DNA from: Candidatus Kuenenia stuttgartensis
GTDB taxonomy: Bacteria > Planctomycetota > Planctomycetia > Pirellulales > UBA1268
Assembly (NCBI GenBank): GCA_945865325.1
Contig: CAMBFA010000003.1
Location: 2,956 to 66,955, forward strand
Reading direction: 5' to 3'
Length of the DNA: 64,000 bases
Shown here: piece after piece, positions 40,429 through 50,128 of the stretch
How the letters are laid out: each line of letters opens with the position of its first letter
How positions within the stretch are numbered: the first letter of the stretch is position 1
Notes under the pieces: model-generated
Told to the model about the DNA's origin: nothing
The model's input: the letters and a program-made list of their open reading frames with translations, nothing else
Databases searched by the model: none
Translations under genes and position numbers: made by a program

Positions 40429-40457
40429 CAAAGTTTGGCGGTTCTGCCGGCCGATAC
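40429..40457 (+). promoter_or_regulatory. Putative alternative-sigma (sigma28-like) promoter CAAAGT-N15-GCCGATAC
   Basis: Identical core and spacing to 29707-29735. Confidence 0.5.
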
Positions 40458-40547
40458 CACTGCGGTCGGCGGCGGATCGACCCTGCCGGGCCTGGCCCGA
40501 CAGCGAACCGTGACGCGGAACAAAGCACCGATGCAGGGGCGAGAACC

Positions 40548-40808
40548 ATGAGATCATCGACTCCGGAACGGCCGACCCATACCGAGACCCGCCTCGGCGT
40601 CCGCGCGGCCCTGCTGGCGGGCGTGGCCCTGGCCAGCGTCGGGCTGACGGGCTGTCAGGTCGACATCGGGGGGCAGACGCTCCCCAGCGCCTACTACCTC
40701 CAGGACGACATCCAATACTTCCCGGCCGGACCGGAGTTCAAACTCTCCAAGGAAGCAGCCGCTCTCAAGGCTGCCACCCCGGTCCCGGCCGACGACTGCT
40801 GCAACTGA
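40548..40808 (+). CDS. Small planctomycete-type lipoprotein
   Basis: Lipobox LTGC followed by QVDIGGQTLPSAYYLQDDIQYFPAGPEFKL. Confidence 0.8.
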   Translation: MRSSTPERPTHTETRLGVRAALLAGVALASVGLTGCQVDIGGQTLPSAYYLQDDIQYFPAGPEFKLSKEAAALKAATPVPADDCCN

Positions 40809-40917
40809 CCACAGGTTGCCACGTCTCTGTCCGGAACCTTGGCACCGACGACTTTCTCCGACACCCCGTCTCCTCGGACGGGGTGTCGATGTTTTCCAAG
40901 CGCGTTCAACGCCGCCG

Positions 40918-41817
40918 TCACGGCCGCGTGAATCCGCGGCCGCCGAGCCAATCGACCAGACGCGCCGGCCAGTCGGCGGTGCCCGGGGACTGCTCCCGGC
41001 GCCGCAGGCCGTAGCCATGCCCCCCGCGCTCGTAGACGTGCAGTTCGGCCGGCACCTTCGCGTCGAGCAGCGTGGCAAACAGCGCCACCGCCCCCTGCGC
41101 CGGCGAAGCGGTGTCGTCCGCGGTCTGGGCGATGAACATCGGGGAGGTGGCGGCATCGATCTCGACCCCCGGCCACAGCCCCTTTCCTTCATTGCCAAGC
41201 ACGCGCCATGGGTAGACAAGGATCGTGGCATCGGGACGGGCTGACGGGGCGGTGTCGGCCCCCGGGAACGACGCCTTCGTGGTGGCAGCCACCAGCGCCG
41301 TGTGGCCCCCCGCGGAAAAACCCATCAGCCCGATGCGGTCCGGATCGATCCCCAGTTCGAGGGCCCGCCCGCGGACCACCGAAACGCTCTTCTGGGCATC
41401 CATCACCGGCCCGGCATCGGGATTCGCGAAGGCACCGGTGGGGACCCGGTAGAGGAGGGTGAGGGCGACGATGCCATGCCCATTCAGGAACCGGCCGATC
41501 TCTCCCCCCTCATGATCATCGGCAAGGATGTTGTATCCCCCACCTGGGAGTATAATCACCGCCGGACGGGGCCCACTGGCACGCGGCGGCAGGGGATGGA
41601 GGATGAGGCGAGGATCGGAGACGAACGACCGGCGCTGGATGTCGTCCTTCCCCCGTTCCACTTTCTCGGCCGGTTCCTCCGGCACCCGATCCCCCGGCAC
41701 CCCTTCCGGCCAGAGGCGGATGTCACGATCCGCGTCGGCGGCGGACGCGCCGTCGGACCCGACGGTGAACATCGCGGCCAGGAGAAAAGGGATGACGCCG
41801 GGGCATCGCGCGCGCAT
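40918..41817 (-). CDS. Secreted alpha/beta hydrolase (acetyl-xylan-esterase-like)
   Basis: PGGGY oxyanion motif, GFSAGG nucleophile elbow, ELHVYERGGHGYG. Confidence 0.9.
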   Translation of the reverse strand: MRARCPGVIPFLLAAMFTVGSDGASAADADRDIRLWPEGVPGDRVPEEPAEKVERGKDDIQRRSFVSDPRLILHPLPPRASGPRPAVIILPGGGYNILADDHEGGEIGRFLNGHGIVALTLLYRVPTGAFANPDAGPVMDAQKSVSVVRGRALELGIDPDRIGLMGFSAGGHTALVAATTKASFPGADTAPSARPDATILVYPWRVLGNEGKGLWPGVEIDAATSPMFIAQTADDTASPAQGAVALFATLLDAKVPAELHVYERGGHGYGLRRREQSPGTADWPARLVDWLGGRGFTRP

Positions 41818-41879
41818 GGTTTTTCGTCTCAGGGGAGGTCAGGGTGGACGGGACGATCCACCTGCGTCAGGAAAACGGG

Positions 41880-43007
41880 TCAGGAAAACGGGTTGCCGCG
41901 GGGAACGATCGGCCAGACGATGCGTTCGCCGGAGAGCCCCGACGCAAAGGCGGCGGCCGTCATTTCCACCGTTGTCTGGCCGGCGAACATCCCCGCCGTC
42001 GGCTCCCGGTCCTCGACGATCGCCGCGACGAGATCGGCAGCGGCCCGCCGCGCCCACGAAGCGCGCTCGGCGGTCCGATCGGCTTCCTCGACGGGGAGTC
42101 CGGCGCCGATCCCCTCGGGGCCGATCGGCAGCCAGGGAACCTCCTTGTCGACGCGCCACAGCGGCGCCTCGCGGAGATACGCGTGGGGAAGGTTGTCGGG
42201 GCGGATGTGGATCGCTCCCTTCGTGCCGACGAGGGTCAGGGAGAAGTTGGGCTGCTTCAGCCCGGCCTCGCGGACGCTGGCGAAGAACCCGACCGGTCCG
42301 TCGGCCAGCCCGTACATCGCCTCGACGGCATCGCCGGCGATCTCCCCGAGCCCCTCGGGGCCTTCGGTGGCATCCGCTGGCGTGATCGGCCTGCCGTCGC
42401 GCGTGATCGTGGCCTGGCACCAGCGGGGGGCCCCGCCAAGGTCGGCCATCATGTCGAGGACATGGCATCCGAGCACCCACAGATCCTCGCCGCCGCCACG
42501 CGCATCCTCTTTTCCGCGGCCCCGGAGCTCGAGGAGCCGGCCGATACGGCCATCTTCGACGAGATCGCGGACGACCGCGTAGGTGGGGCTGTGGCGGTTG
42601 ACCATCGCCAGGGCGAGCTTCGTTCCCGAGGCCCGGCAGGCGGCGATGACCGCGTCGGCCTCGGCGGCCGTGCGCACGAAGGGCTTCTCCAGAAAGATCC
42701 CCTCCACCCCCGCCTCCGCGGCGGCGATCGCCATCTCCGCATGGCAGTCGATGTGGCGCATGCAGAGCGAGACGATCTCCGGCTTGACCTCCGCCAGCAT
42801 CGCGCGCCAGTCGCGGAATCCCAACGGGGGGTTCCCGGCAGCGCGGCCGAGCCGCTCGACGGCCTTGCCGAGGCCGTCGGCCGATTCGTCGGCCACGGCG
42901 ACCAGCTCCGTCCCCTCGACCGCGGTCCACAGTTCGTCGATCGCGTGCCCCCAGTCGCCCCGTCCCGTCCTGCCGACGACCGCGACTCGCAGCGGTTGCG
43001 TTGTCAT
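41880..43007 (-). CDS. Gfo/Idh/MocA family oxidoreductase
   Basis: GRTGRGDWGH, EKP, GGEDLWVLGCH. Confidence 0.9.
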   Translation of the reverse strand: MTTQPLRVAVVGRTGRGDWGHAIDELWTAVEGTELVAVADESADGLGKAVERLGRAAGNPPLGFRDWRAMLAEVKPEIVSLCMRHIDCHAEMAIAAAEAGVEGIFLEKPFVRTAAEADAVIAACRASGTKLALAMVNRHSPTYAVVRDLVEDGRIGRLLELRGRGKEDARGGGEDLWVLGCHVLDMMADLGGAPRWCQATITRDGRPITPADATEGPEGLGEIAGDAVEAMYGLADGPVGFFASVREAGLKQPNFSLTLVGTKGAIHIRPDNLPHAYLREAPLWRVDKEVPWLPIGPEGIGAGLPVEEADRTAERASWARRAAADLVAAIVEDREPTAGMFAGQTTVEMTAAAFASGLSGERIVWPIVPRGNPFS

Positions 43008-43133
43008 TGTCTGACCCCTCCCACGATGTCGTCCCACTCACGCCCGCTGCTGCCACGGGCGGTCGGGAAGCGTATGATCCTCTCCGCCCCGCGGAAGTTG
43101 TAACACATGCCGCGCCTCGGAGGTGTCGCCACG

Positions 43134-44072
43134 ATGCCCTGCGACCACGACCACCGCGACGGAACAGGCCACGGCGGCCACCGGCACTTCTCACCGGAGC
43201 GGCTCGACCGGGCGATGGCCATTGGCGTCGGTCTGAATGCGGCTTTCGTGCTCGTCGAGATCGCCGCCGGCCTGTGGGGGGGATCGCTGGCGCTGGTGGC
43301 CGATGCCGGTCACAATGCCGGCGACGTGGTCGGCCTCCTCCTGGCGTGGGGCGCCTCCCGCCTCGCCCGCCGCCCGCCGACCAACCGCTATACCTGGGGC
43401 TTCCGCCGATCGACGATCTACGCCGCCCTGGCCAACGCCTTGCTCCTGATCGTGGCCTGCGGCGGCATCCTCTGGGAGGCGATCCACCGCCTCCGTGATC
43501 CAGTCTCCGTGGCGGGGCCGTGGGTGGGGATCGTGGCCGCGGCCGGCGTCGTGATCAACACGCTGACAGCGCTCCTCTTCCTCCGCGGTTCGCACACCGA
43601 CGCCAACGTCCGCGGGGCCTTCCTCCACATGGCGGCCGATGCCGCCGTCTCGGCCGGGGTGGTCGTGGCGGGGATCGTGATCGCGTTCACCGGGATCAAC
43701 CGAATCGACCCACTGGTGGGGATCGCGATCACGGTGGCGATCCTCGCCGGCACCTGGGGATTGCTCCGCGAGAGCATCGATCTCGCCCTCGACGCCGTGC
43801 CGCGGGGAATCGAGCCGGCCGCCATCACCGACCTCCTCGCCGCGATCCCGGGGGTCAGCGAGGTCCACGATCTCCACGTCTGGAATGCGAGCACCTCGGA
43901 GATCTCGTTGACGGTCCATCTTGTCGTTCCCGCACGGGATGGACACGAGCGGGTGCTCGCCACGGCGTCGGACGATCTCCGCGCCCGCTTCGGCATCGCC
44001 CACACAACGATCCAACTGGAGTCCGAGGAGGCGTGCCGCTGCTGCCCGCAGAGACCCGCCGACAGCCTATGA
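43134..44072 (+). CDS. Cation diffusion facilitator (CzcD/ZitB-like)
   Basis: His-rich N-terminus, SLALVADAGHN, NVRGAFLHMAAD, HDLHVW, HTTIQLE. GGAGG ribosome-binding site before ATG 43134. Confidence 0.93.
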   Translation: MPCDHDHRDGTGHGGHRHFSPERLDRAMAIGVGLNAAFVLVEIAAGLWGGSLALVADAGHNAGDVVGLLLAWGASRLARRPPTNRYTWGFRRSTIYAALANALLLIVACGGILWEAIHRLRDPVSVAGPWVGIVAAAGVVINTLTALLFLRGSHTDANVRGAFLHMAADAAVSAGVVVAGIVIAFTGINRIDPLVGIAITVAILAGTWGLLRESIDLALDAVPRGIEPAAITDLLAAIPGVSEVHDLHVWNASTSEISLTVHLVVPARDGHERVLATASDDLRARFGIAHTTIQLESEEACRCCPQRPADSL

Positions 44073-44091
44073 GGATCAGCCGCCGGACCGA

Positions 44092-45237
44092 TCAGGCCAC
44101 CGACCCACCGACCGTTGTGGTCGGGGCGACCTTCGCCGCCGGTGCCGCGGGGCAGAAGCGACGGAACCGCCACTCGGTCCAAGCCGTCAGCACCGCCGCC
44201 AGGAAGACGACGGTCAACGGCAGACAACGCCGAACGTCGGTCGGCACGGATGGCTCGAGCATCATCCAGCCGGCGACCGACCCCGCCGCGGCCAGCAGTG
44301 CATAGAGCAGCGCGACGGCCGCGTGGCTGATCCCCGAACGAACCAAGCGGTGGAAGAGGAACTCGCGGTGCGGCACGAGTGGATTGTGACCCCCCCAGAC
44401 CCGCCGGATCACCGTCAGAAGCGGGTCGTAGATGTAGGGCCAGGCCGCCATCGCCAGCGGCATGAAGTTCAGTTCCGTCGAACCGGTCACGTCAAACAGG
44501 GTCAAGGCGGCAAAGAAGGTCCCCAGGAACGCACTCCCGACGTCCCCCATGAACACCCGGGCCGGGGCCCAATTGAAGACGAGGAATCCGGCGGCGGCAG
44601 CGCCGACGAAGGACGACAGCAAAACGACCGGAAAGTCGCCGTCGGAGTACGAGATACCGACGAACCCGACCGCCACGGCCACCGCCGCAAGCGCCGCCAT
44701 GCCATCCGACCCATCCATGAAGTTGAAGGCGTTGATGAACCCCACGATCCACACGACGCTCAGCGGCCAGGCCAGCCAGCCGAAATCGATCAACGGCACC
44801 CCCGGCATGTTCAGCCCGCGGACCGGGCCGAGCACGGCCACAATCCCCGCCGCCACGCCGATCTGCACGACGAGCCGGAGGAGGGCCCGGAGCGGACGGA
44901 TGTCGTCCCAGAAGCCGACGATGGCGATGATGAAACTGGGGAGGATGACGCCCAGGGCCACCGGGAGGGCATAGAACGGCCAGCGGAAACAGACCGCCGT
45001 CGAGGCCAGGCAACAGGTCAACACCAGGGCTATCCCCCCGCCCCGGGCGGTGGGAAGTGAGTGGGCGCTGCGATCACTCGGCACGTCGACCAGACGCAAC
45101 CGCGTCGCGAGGAGAATCATCACATCGACGAGCACGGCCGTGACGACAAACACCACGAGGGCCAGGCCTGGCCAGAGGATCGACTCGAGCGAGTCGAGCG
45201 TCGGGAACAGTGGTTCCAGCGCCGGGGGTGGGTTCAC
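44092..45237 (-). CDS. MraY/WecA-like (WbpL-type) polytopic phosphoglycosyl transferase
   Basis: RSAHSLPTARGGG, GFWDD, NAFNFMDGSDG, FMGDVGS, HREFLFHRL. Confidence 0.92.
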   Translation of the reverse strand: MNPPPALEPLFPTLDSLESILWPGLALVVFVVTAVLVDVMILLATRLRLVDVPSDRSAHSLPTARGGGIALVLTCCLASTAVCFRWPFYALPVALGVILPSFIIAIVGFWDDIRPLRALLRLVVQIGVAAGIVAVLGPVRGLNMPGVPLIDFGWLAWPLSVVWIVGFINAFNFMDGSDGMAALAAVAVAVGFVGISYSDGDFPVVLLSSFVGAAAAGFLVFNWAPARVFMGDVGSAFLGTFFAALTLFDVTGSTELNFMPLAMAAWPYIYDPLLTVIRRVWGGHNPLVPHREFLFHRLVRSGISHAAVALLYALLAAAGSVAGWMMLEPSVPTDVRRCLPLTVVFLAAVLTAWTEWRFRRFCPAAPAAKVAPTTTVGGSVA

Positions 45238-47198
45238 GACCGCGACTCCCGCGGATCATCATCCTCACGCAGCGGCGCAGTCCCCACCGAGGAAGCCATG
45301 CATTCCAGCGCCGCGATCTCCATCAGCACCCCGCGGGCGGCATCGGGGCCATCGCCGAGGATCGCGGCCTTGAGATCGCCGAGCCACTGACGGACCTCGG
45401 CCAGCGGGCGGCTGGGACGGAAGACCTGGAACACAAGACCACCCCCAACCGAATGCCTGATCTCGTCGTCGAAAAATAGCTCCTCGGCGAGCTTCTCCCC
45501 GTCGCGGAGGCTACCGAAGCGGATCTCGACATCCTCCCTCGGCACGCGCATCACGTACGCCAGGCTGTTGACGAGCTCGACGATCTTGACCGGCTCGCCC
45601 ATGTCGAGGACGAACGTCCCGCTCCCTCCGGCCAACGCCCCGGCTCCCAGTGAGAGACAGGCGGCATCGGACGCCGTGAGGAATCGCCGTGCCACGTCGG
45701 GATGGGTGACAGTGATCGGCTGGCGGCGGACGAGTTGGCGGGTGAAGATCGGCACGGCGGTCCCGCTGGAGCCGATGACGTTCCCGAATCGTACGACCAC
45801 GAACTTCGTCGTTGAGCCCTCGCCGAGCGACTGGAAGAACCGCTCTGCGACGAGCTTCGAGGCCCCCATCACCCCCGTCGGGTTGACGGCCTTGTCGGTC
45901 GAGAGGGCGACAAACGTCTCCACGCCGTGGGCCTCAGCGAGGTCGGCAAGTGCCGCCGTGGCGAGGATGTTGTTCTCGATCGCCTCCACGGGGTGCCCCT
46001 GGAGCATCGGCACGTGCTTGTAGCCGGCGGCGTGGACGACGATCGCCGGCCGGTGGCTCTGGAAAACATCCTCCAGCCGCTCCGTGTCGTGGATGTCGAC
46101 GAGGCAGAGAACGAGGCCGATCTCCCCCTCCCCGAACGCGGCGGCCCGCTCCTGCAACTCCCGATGGATTTCGAAAAGGCTGCATTCCGACCGGTCGACC
46201 AGCAGGATCCGAGCTGGACGGAGCGTCACGAGGAGCCGGCAGATCTCGGCACCGATCGCTCCACCGGCGCCGGTGACCATGACTGTCTTGTCATGCACCC
46301 AGGAGGCGAGCCGAGGGCCGTGCGCGGACGCCGTCGGATCGGGGAGTGTGACGAGGTCGCGCAGTTCCACGCCGCGCACGCGGACGTCGGCGTCGGCCTC
46401 CTCGCCGCACGGCTCGGCGATCACCACGCGGACACCGATCGCGGTGCAGGCCTCGCAGATCCGCCGCAGCCGGCGGCCGAACACGCTCCCGGAGCGGACG
46501 ATGACATCGGTCACACGCAACCGCTGGGCGCAGGCGGCGACATGGTCGATGCCACCGATCACGCGGGCGACGGCCGTTCGGGAGCCATGTCGGGTGGGAT
46601 CGTCATCGAGCAGACCCGACACGAAATACCCCCCGCGCTTCGCCGACATCAACTGGGCGGCGATCGCCAACCCCTGCGGTGAGCCATCGATGACGAGGGC
46701 ATTGCGCTGATGGCCGACCGGCTCGGCGGGCATCAACTCTTCGTAGATGCTCCGCGCCGCCGCCTGGAGGCCACCGACGGCGAGGAGGGTGAAGGCCCAA
46801 TCGAGGAGGAGGACGGTCCGGGGAATCTGGATCCAGCCCAGCCGCAGCGTGGTGAAGTAGTAATTGGCCGCCACGAGAACCAGCAGGCAGGTGGTCGTGG
46901 CCCGGACCAGGATGCTCAAATCCGCGAAGCGGATCGTGCGGAGCGACCGGTGGCAGATGCCGCGGGTGTAAAAGACGAACAGCTTCACAAGCACGACCCA
47001 GCCGATCGTGCGGACGATCGTCGCTGCGTCGCTCCCCCGGAGGAGAAGCTCGCTGCGGGTGAAGTAGGCTGCCAGGTAGGTCAACCCGAAGACGAGGGCG
47101 AGGCAGCCTGCCGTGACGATCGCCTCGCGCGTTGGCGCGACCGATCGGAGCCAGATGCGGAAGGCCGAAGCGGCGGCAGCGATGAGCGTGAGCGGCAT
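45234..47198 (-). CDS. Second CapD/PglF/WbpM-like nucleotide-sugar dehydratase
   Basis: TGAGGAIGAE, HAAGYKHVP, STDKAVNP, MGASK, VRFGNV. Confidence 0.92.
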   Translation of the reverse strand: MPLTLIAAAASAFRIWLRSVAPTREAIVTAGCLALVFGLTYLAAYFTRSELLLRGSDAATIVRTIGWVVLVKLFVFYTRGICHRSLRTIRFADLSILVRATTTCLLVLVAANYYFTTLRLGWIQIPRTVLLLDWAFTLLAVGGLQAAARSIYEELMPAEPVGHQRNALVIDGSPQGLAIAAQLMSAKRGGYFVSGLLDDDPTRHGSRTAVARVIGGIDHVAACAQRLRVTDVIVRSGSVFGRRLRRICEACTAIGVRVVIAEPCGEEADADVRVRGVELRDLVTLPDPTASAHGPRLASWVHDKTVMVTGAGGAIGAEICRLLVTLRPARILLVDRSECSLFEIHRELQERAAAFGEGEIGLVLCLVDIHDTERLEDVFQSHRPAIVVHAAGYKHVPMLQGHPVEAIENNILATAALADLAEAHGVETFVALSTDKAVNPTGVMGASKLVAERFFQSLGEGSTTKFVVVRFGNVIGSSGTAVPIFTRQLVRRQPITVTHPDVARRFLTASDAACLSLGAGALAGGSGTFVLDMGEPVKIVELVNSLAYVMRVPREDVEIRFGSLRDGEKLAEELFFDDEIRHSVGGGLVFQVFRPSRPLAEVRQWLGDLKAAILGDGPDAARGVLMEIAALECMASSVGTAPLREDDDPRESRS

Positions 47199-47456
47199 GG
47201 ATCGGATCGCAGGCCGGGGGCTGCCCGGCTCCTCGTCTGGCTCGCTCGTCTGGCTCGGACACGGACCGCTGTCGGGAGCGACGGATGACGCTGGCCCGTA
47301 TCCTAAGGCTTCGTAAGGATCGGTCCCAAGCGGGCAAAAGTCCAGCCGCCCTGCCGGGGGACTTCCCCCACATCAAGGGGATTCACACGATCTCGCCAGC
47401 GCGATTGCGACGGCTGGGAAGATTGGCCGGGGACGCGGCCCGGGGCGCCCCACGGC

Positions 47457-48983
47457 TCATCGATCGGCCCTCCCCGCTGGGGTCTTGGCGCGGGCCACAA
47501 TACCAGCCAGCATCCCACCGAAGATCAGCTCGTGGAGCGGCCAGATGGCATACCAGTAGGCCAGGCCGCCGAGGCCCCGCGGGTCGAAGACGGCCGTCTG
47601 GTGGATCGTCACCATGCCCCCGTCGGTGAGGCCCGGATCCCGGCGGACCACCTCATATTCCAGCCAGCCGCGGCCGGGGAGCAGCATCTCCGCCACGAGC
47701 CGGATCCGACGCGGTGGATCGCACGCCTCCACCCGCCAGCAGTCGAGGACATCCCCGGCGACAAGGCGGTCGGGATCGCGGCGACCCCGTCCCATCCCCG
47801 GGCCCCCTAGGATCCGATCGACCCAGCCCCGCAACTGCCAGAGCCACTCGTGCCCGTACCAGCCGTGCGGGCCGCCGATCCGCTCGATGGCGGCAAAAGC
47901 TCGCTCGGGCGCGACATCGACGGTGGCATGGCGATGATCGACGAGCCGTGGCCCCTCGAAGTGCCCGCCATACCGGCGTGGCAGTTCCTCGGCATCGGCG
48001 ATGTCGGCCCACCGCCGCCCCTCGAAAACGGCGTCCTCCCGGGCCATCGCGTCGCGCACCGCCACCGCCAGCGACTTCGGCCGGATCGGAAAATCGTCGC
48101 GGGCGGTCCGATCGGTGACGACGGTCGGGTTTTTCAGCCCGTCGATCAGCTTCCGACCGACCTTCGAATAACGCGGTGTGACCAGCGCCAGCCAGAGGCT
48201 CGAAAGCCGAGGCGTGAGCACCGGCACCGGAATCAGAAGACGGCGGAGCCCGCGCTGCCGGGCATACTCCCGCATGATGTCGCCGTACGAGACTCGGTCG
48301 GGGCCACCGATGCCATAGATCCTCGACCCCTTCCCCACCGGCCCGGTGGGGAGGTCGGCCGCCGCCACGAGGTAGGCGACGACGTCGTCGACGGCGATCG
48401 GCTGGGTGGCGGTCGCGAGCCACGCCGGGCAGATCATCACCGGCAGCCGCTCGACGAGGGTCCGCACGAGGTCGAAGGAGAAGCTCCCTGCCCCGATCAC
48501 GATCGAGGCCCGGAGCTCGACCACCTCGACTCCCGTTCCCCGGAGGATCGCCCCGACTTCGTGCCGGCTGCGAAGATGGGCCGAGAGCCGGTCGTCCTCG
48601 GCGCCCAGGCCGCCGAGGTAGACGATCCGCGACACCCCGGCTCCCCGCGCTGCCTCGGCAAAACGCTCCGCGGCGAGTCGGTCGGCGCGTTCGAAATCGA
48701 CCCCCTGGTCCATCGAATGGACGAGCCAATAGGCGACCTCGACCCCAGCGCAGGCCTCGACCAGCGCGGCCGGGTCGGACGCATCCCCGACAACGACGCT
48801 GACGCGCGACCGGAGCGCTGCGGCCGGGGGGCCAACCGCTGCCCCGGCGTCGAGGCGATCGAGGATCTCATCGAGCTTGCCCGCCTTGCGGACGAGGCAG
48901 CGAACCTCATGCCCACGCTCGAGAAGCGCCCCGAGGAGACAGCTCCCCACGTAGCCCGTGGCGCCAGTGAGGAGGATGTTCAT
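47457..48983 (-). CDS. YbjT-like atypical SDR with DUF2867-like C-terminus
   Basis: TGATGYVG, YWLVHSM, SAHLRSR, IERIGG..GWY, PGRGWLE, YWYAIWPLH. Confidence 0.88.
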   Translation of the reverse strand: MNILLTGATGYVGSCLLGALLERGHEVRCLVRKAGKLDEILDRLDAGAAVGPPAAALRSRVSVVVGDASDPAALVEACAGVEVAYWLVHSMDQGVDFERADRLAAERFAEAARGAGVSRIVYLGGLGAEDDRLSAHLRSRHEVGAILRGTGVEVVELRASIVIGAGSFSFDLVRTLVERLPVMICPAWLATATQPIAVDDVVAYLVAAADLPTGPVGKGSRIYGIGGPDRVSYGDIMREYARQRGLRRLLIPVPVLTPRLSSLWLALVTPRYSKVGRKLIDGLKNPTVVTDRTARDDFPIRPKSLAVAVRDAMAREDAVFEGRRWADIADAEELPRRYGGHFEGPRLVDHRHATVDVAPERAFAAIERIGGPHGWYGHEWLWQLRGWVDRILGGPGMGRGRRDPDRLVAGDVLDCWRVEACDPPRRIRLVAEMLLPGRGWLEYEVVRRDPGLTDGGMVTIHQTAVFDPRGLGGLAYWYAIWPLHELIFGGMLAGIVARAKTPAGRADR

Positions 48984-49076
48984 GGAACGACCGATCGTTT
49001 CCGCGGCGTTGCGTAACGGGCGACGAACAGGCCACTTCGGGCGCCCGTTCCCGGGCGTGGAGCCCCTGAAATCAGA

Positions 49077-49934
49077 TCATGGCTCGTCTGTTTCGAAGGC
49101 CCGGTCCATGAGCTTCGGATCGCCGGTCTTGAGGCCATAGAGAAACCAGCGCTGCCGCTGTTGGCTCGTGCCGTGAGTGAAGGCATCGGGAACGACATAC
49201 CCTTGAGCCTGCTTTTGGATCTTATCGTCGCCGATCGCGGCCGCGGCATTGACGGCGTCGAGGATGTCCTGCTCGTCGAGGATCCCCGCGTAGCGGGCCT
49301 CGTGATGGGCCCAGACACCGGCGAGGAAGTCGGCCTGGAGCTCCATCCGCACCGAGAGCTTGTTGTAGTCGCGTTCCGATAGCTGCTTCCGCATCGCCTG
49401 CACCTTGGTGCTGATGCCGAGTTGGTTTTGGATGTGGTGGCCGATCTCGTGGGCGATGACGTAGGCTTGGGCAAACTCGCCCGGGGCGCCGAACCGCTGC
49501 TTCAGCTCGTCATAGAACGCAAGGTCGATGTAGACCTTCTTGTCCATCGGGCAGTAGAAGGGGCCGGCTGAGGCACTGGCCATCCCGCAGCCGCTTTGCA
49601 CCTGACCGGTGAACATGACGAGCTTGGCGGGAACGTAGCGCCCCTCGAAGTTCGGCGGGAAGAGCTTCGTCCACACATCCTCGTTCTCGGCGAGGATCGT
49701 CTTGATGAAGCGGGCCCCGGCGTCGTTGGCCGGTTGCTTCTGCGCCTGGGCCTGCGGCTGCGGCGCCGGGGCGAGGCCACGGGAAATGCCCATCGCCTTT
49801 TGGGGATCGACCCCGAGGAACATCAGGCCGACCATGAGGAGGAGCGCGAACAGGCCCCCGCCAACCATCGCCGGGGCGCCAATCCCACGCCGATCCTCGA
49901 CGTTCTCACTCTGCCGACGACCTTCCCAACGCAT
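49077..49934 (-). CDS. YpfJ-like neutral zinc metallopeptidase
   Basis: RQSENVEDRR, GPFYCP, AYVIAHEIGHHIQ, ELQADFLAG, FTHGTS. Confidence 0.93.
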   Translation of the reverse strand: MRWEGRRQSENVEDRRGIGAPAMVGGGLFALLLMVGLMFLGVDPQKAMGISRGLAPAPQPQAQAQKQPANDAGARFIKTILAENEDVWTKLFPPNFEGRYVPAKLVMFTGQVQSGCGMASASAGPFYCPMDKKVYIDLAFYDELKQRFGAPGEFAQAYVIAHEIGHHIQNQLGISTKVQAMRKQLSERDYNKLSVRMELQADFLAGVWAHHEARYAGILDEQDILDAVNAAAAIGDDKIQKQAQGYVVPDAFTHGTSQQRQRWFLYGLKTGDPKLMDRAFETDEP

Positions 49935-50128
49935 CTTCCTGCTTCTCCACTTCGGGGAACCGGGGGGACTTTGGACCGCGGAGCGGCCCGAAAAATAATT
50001 TAGCAGATCGGGCCGCCCGCGACAGCCAACCGACTCCCGACGGGGGCCACGCCGCGCGGGGTGAATGGCCCCCGCTCTACGGCCCTCCGGCCACCGTGGT
50101 TCAGGGCGAAATCCCCCCCGACCAGCGA

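Noticed and set aside
41866-41893. 13-bp tandem duplication gtcaggaaaacgg at the oxidoreductase stop codon
   Set aside because: Looks like a simple slippage duplication. There is no element between the copies and no effect on the protein.
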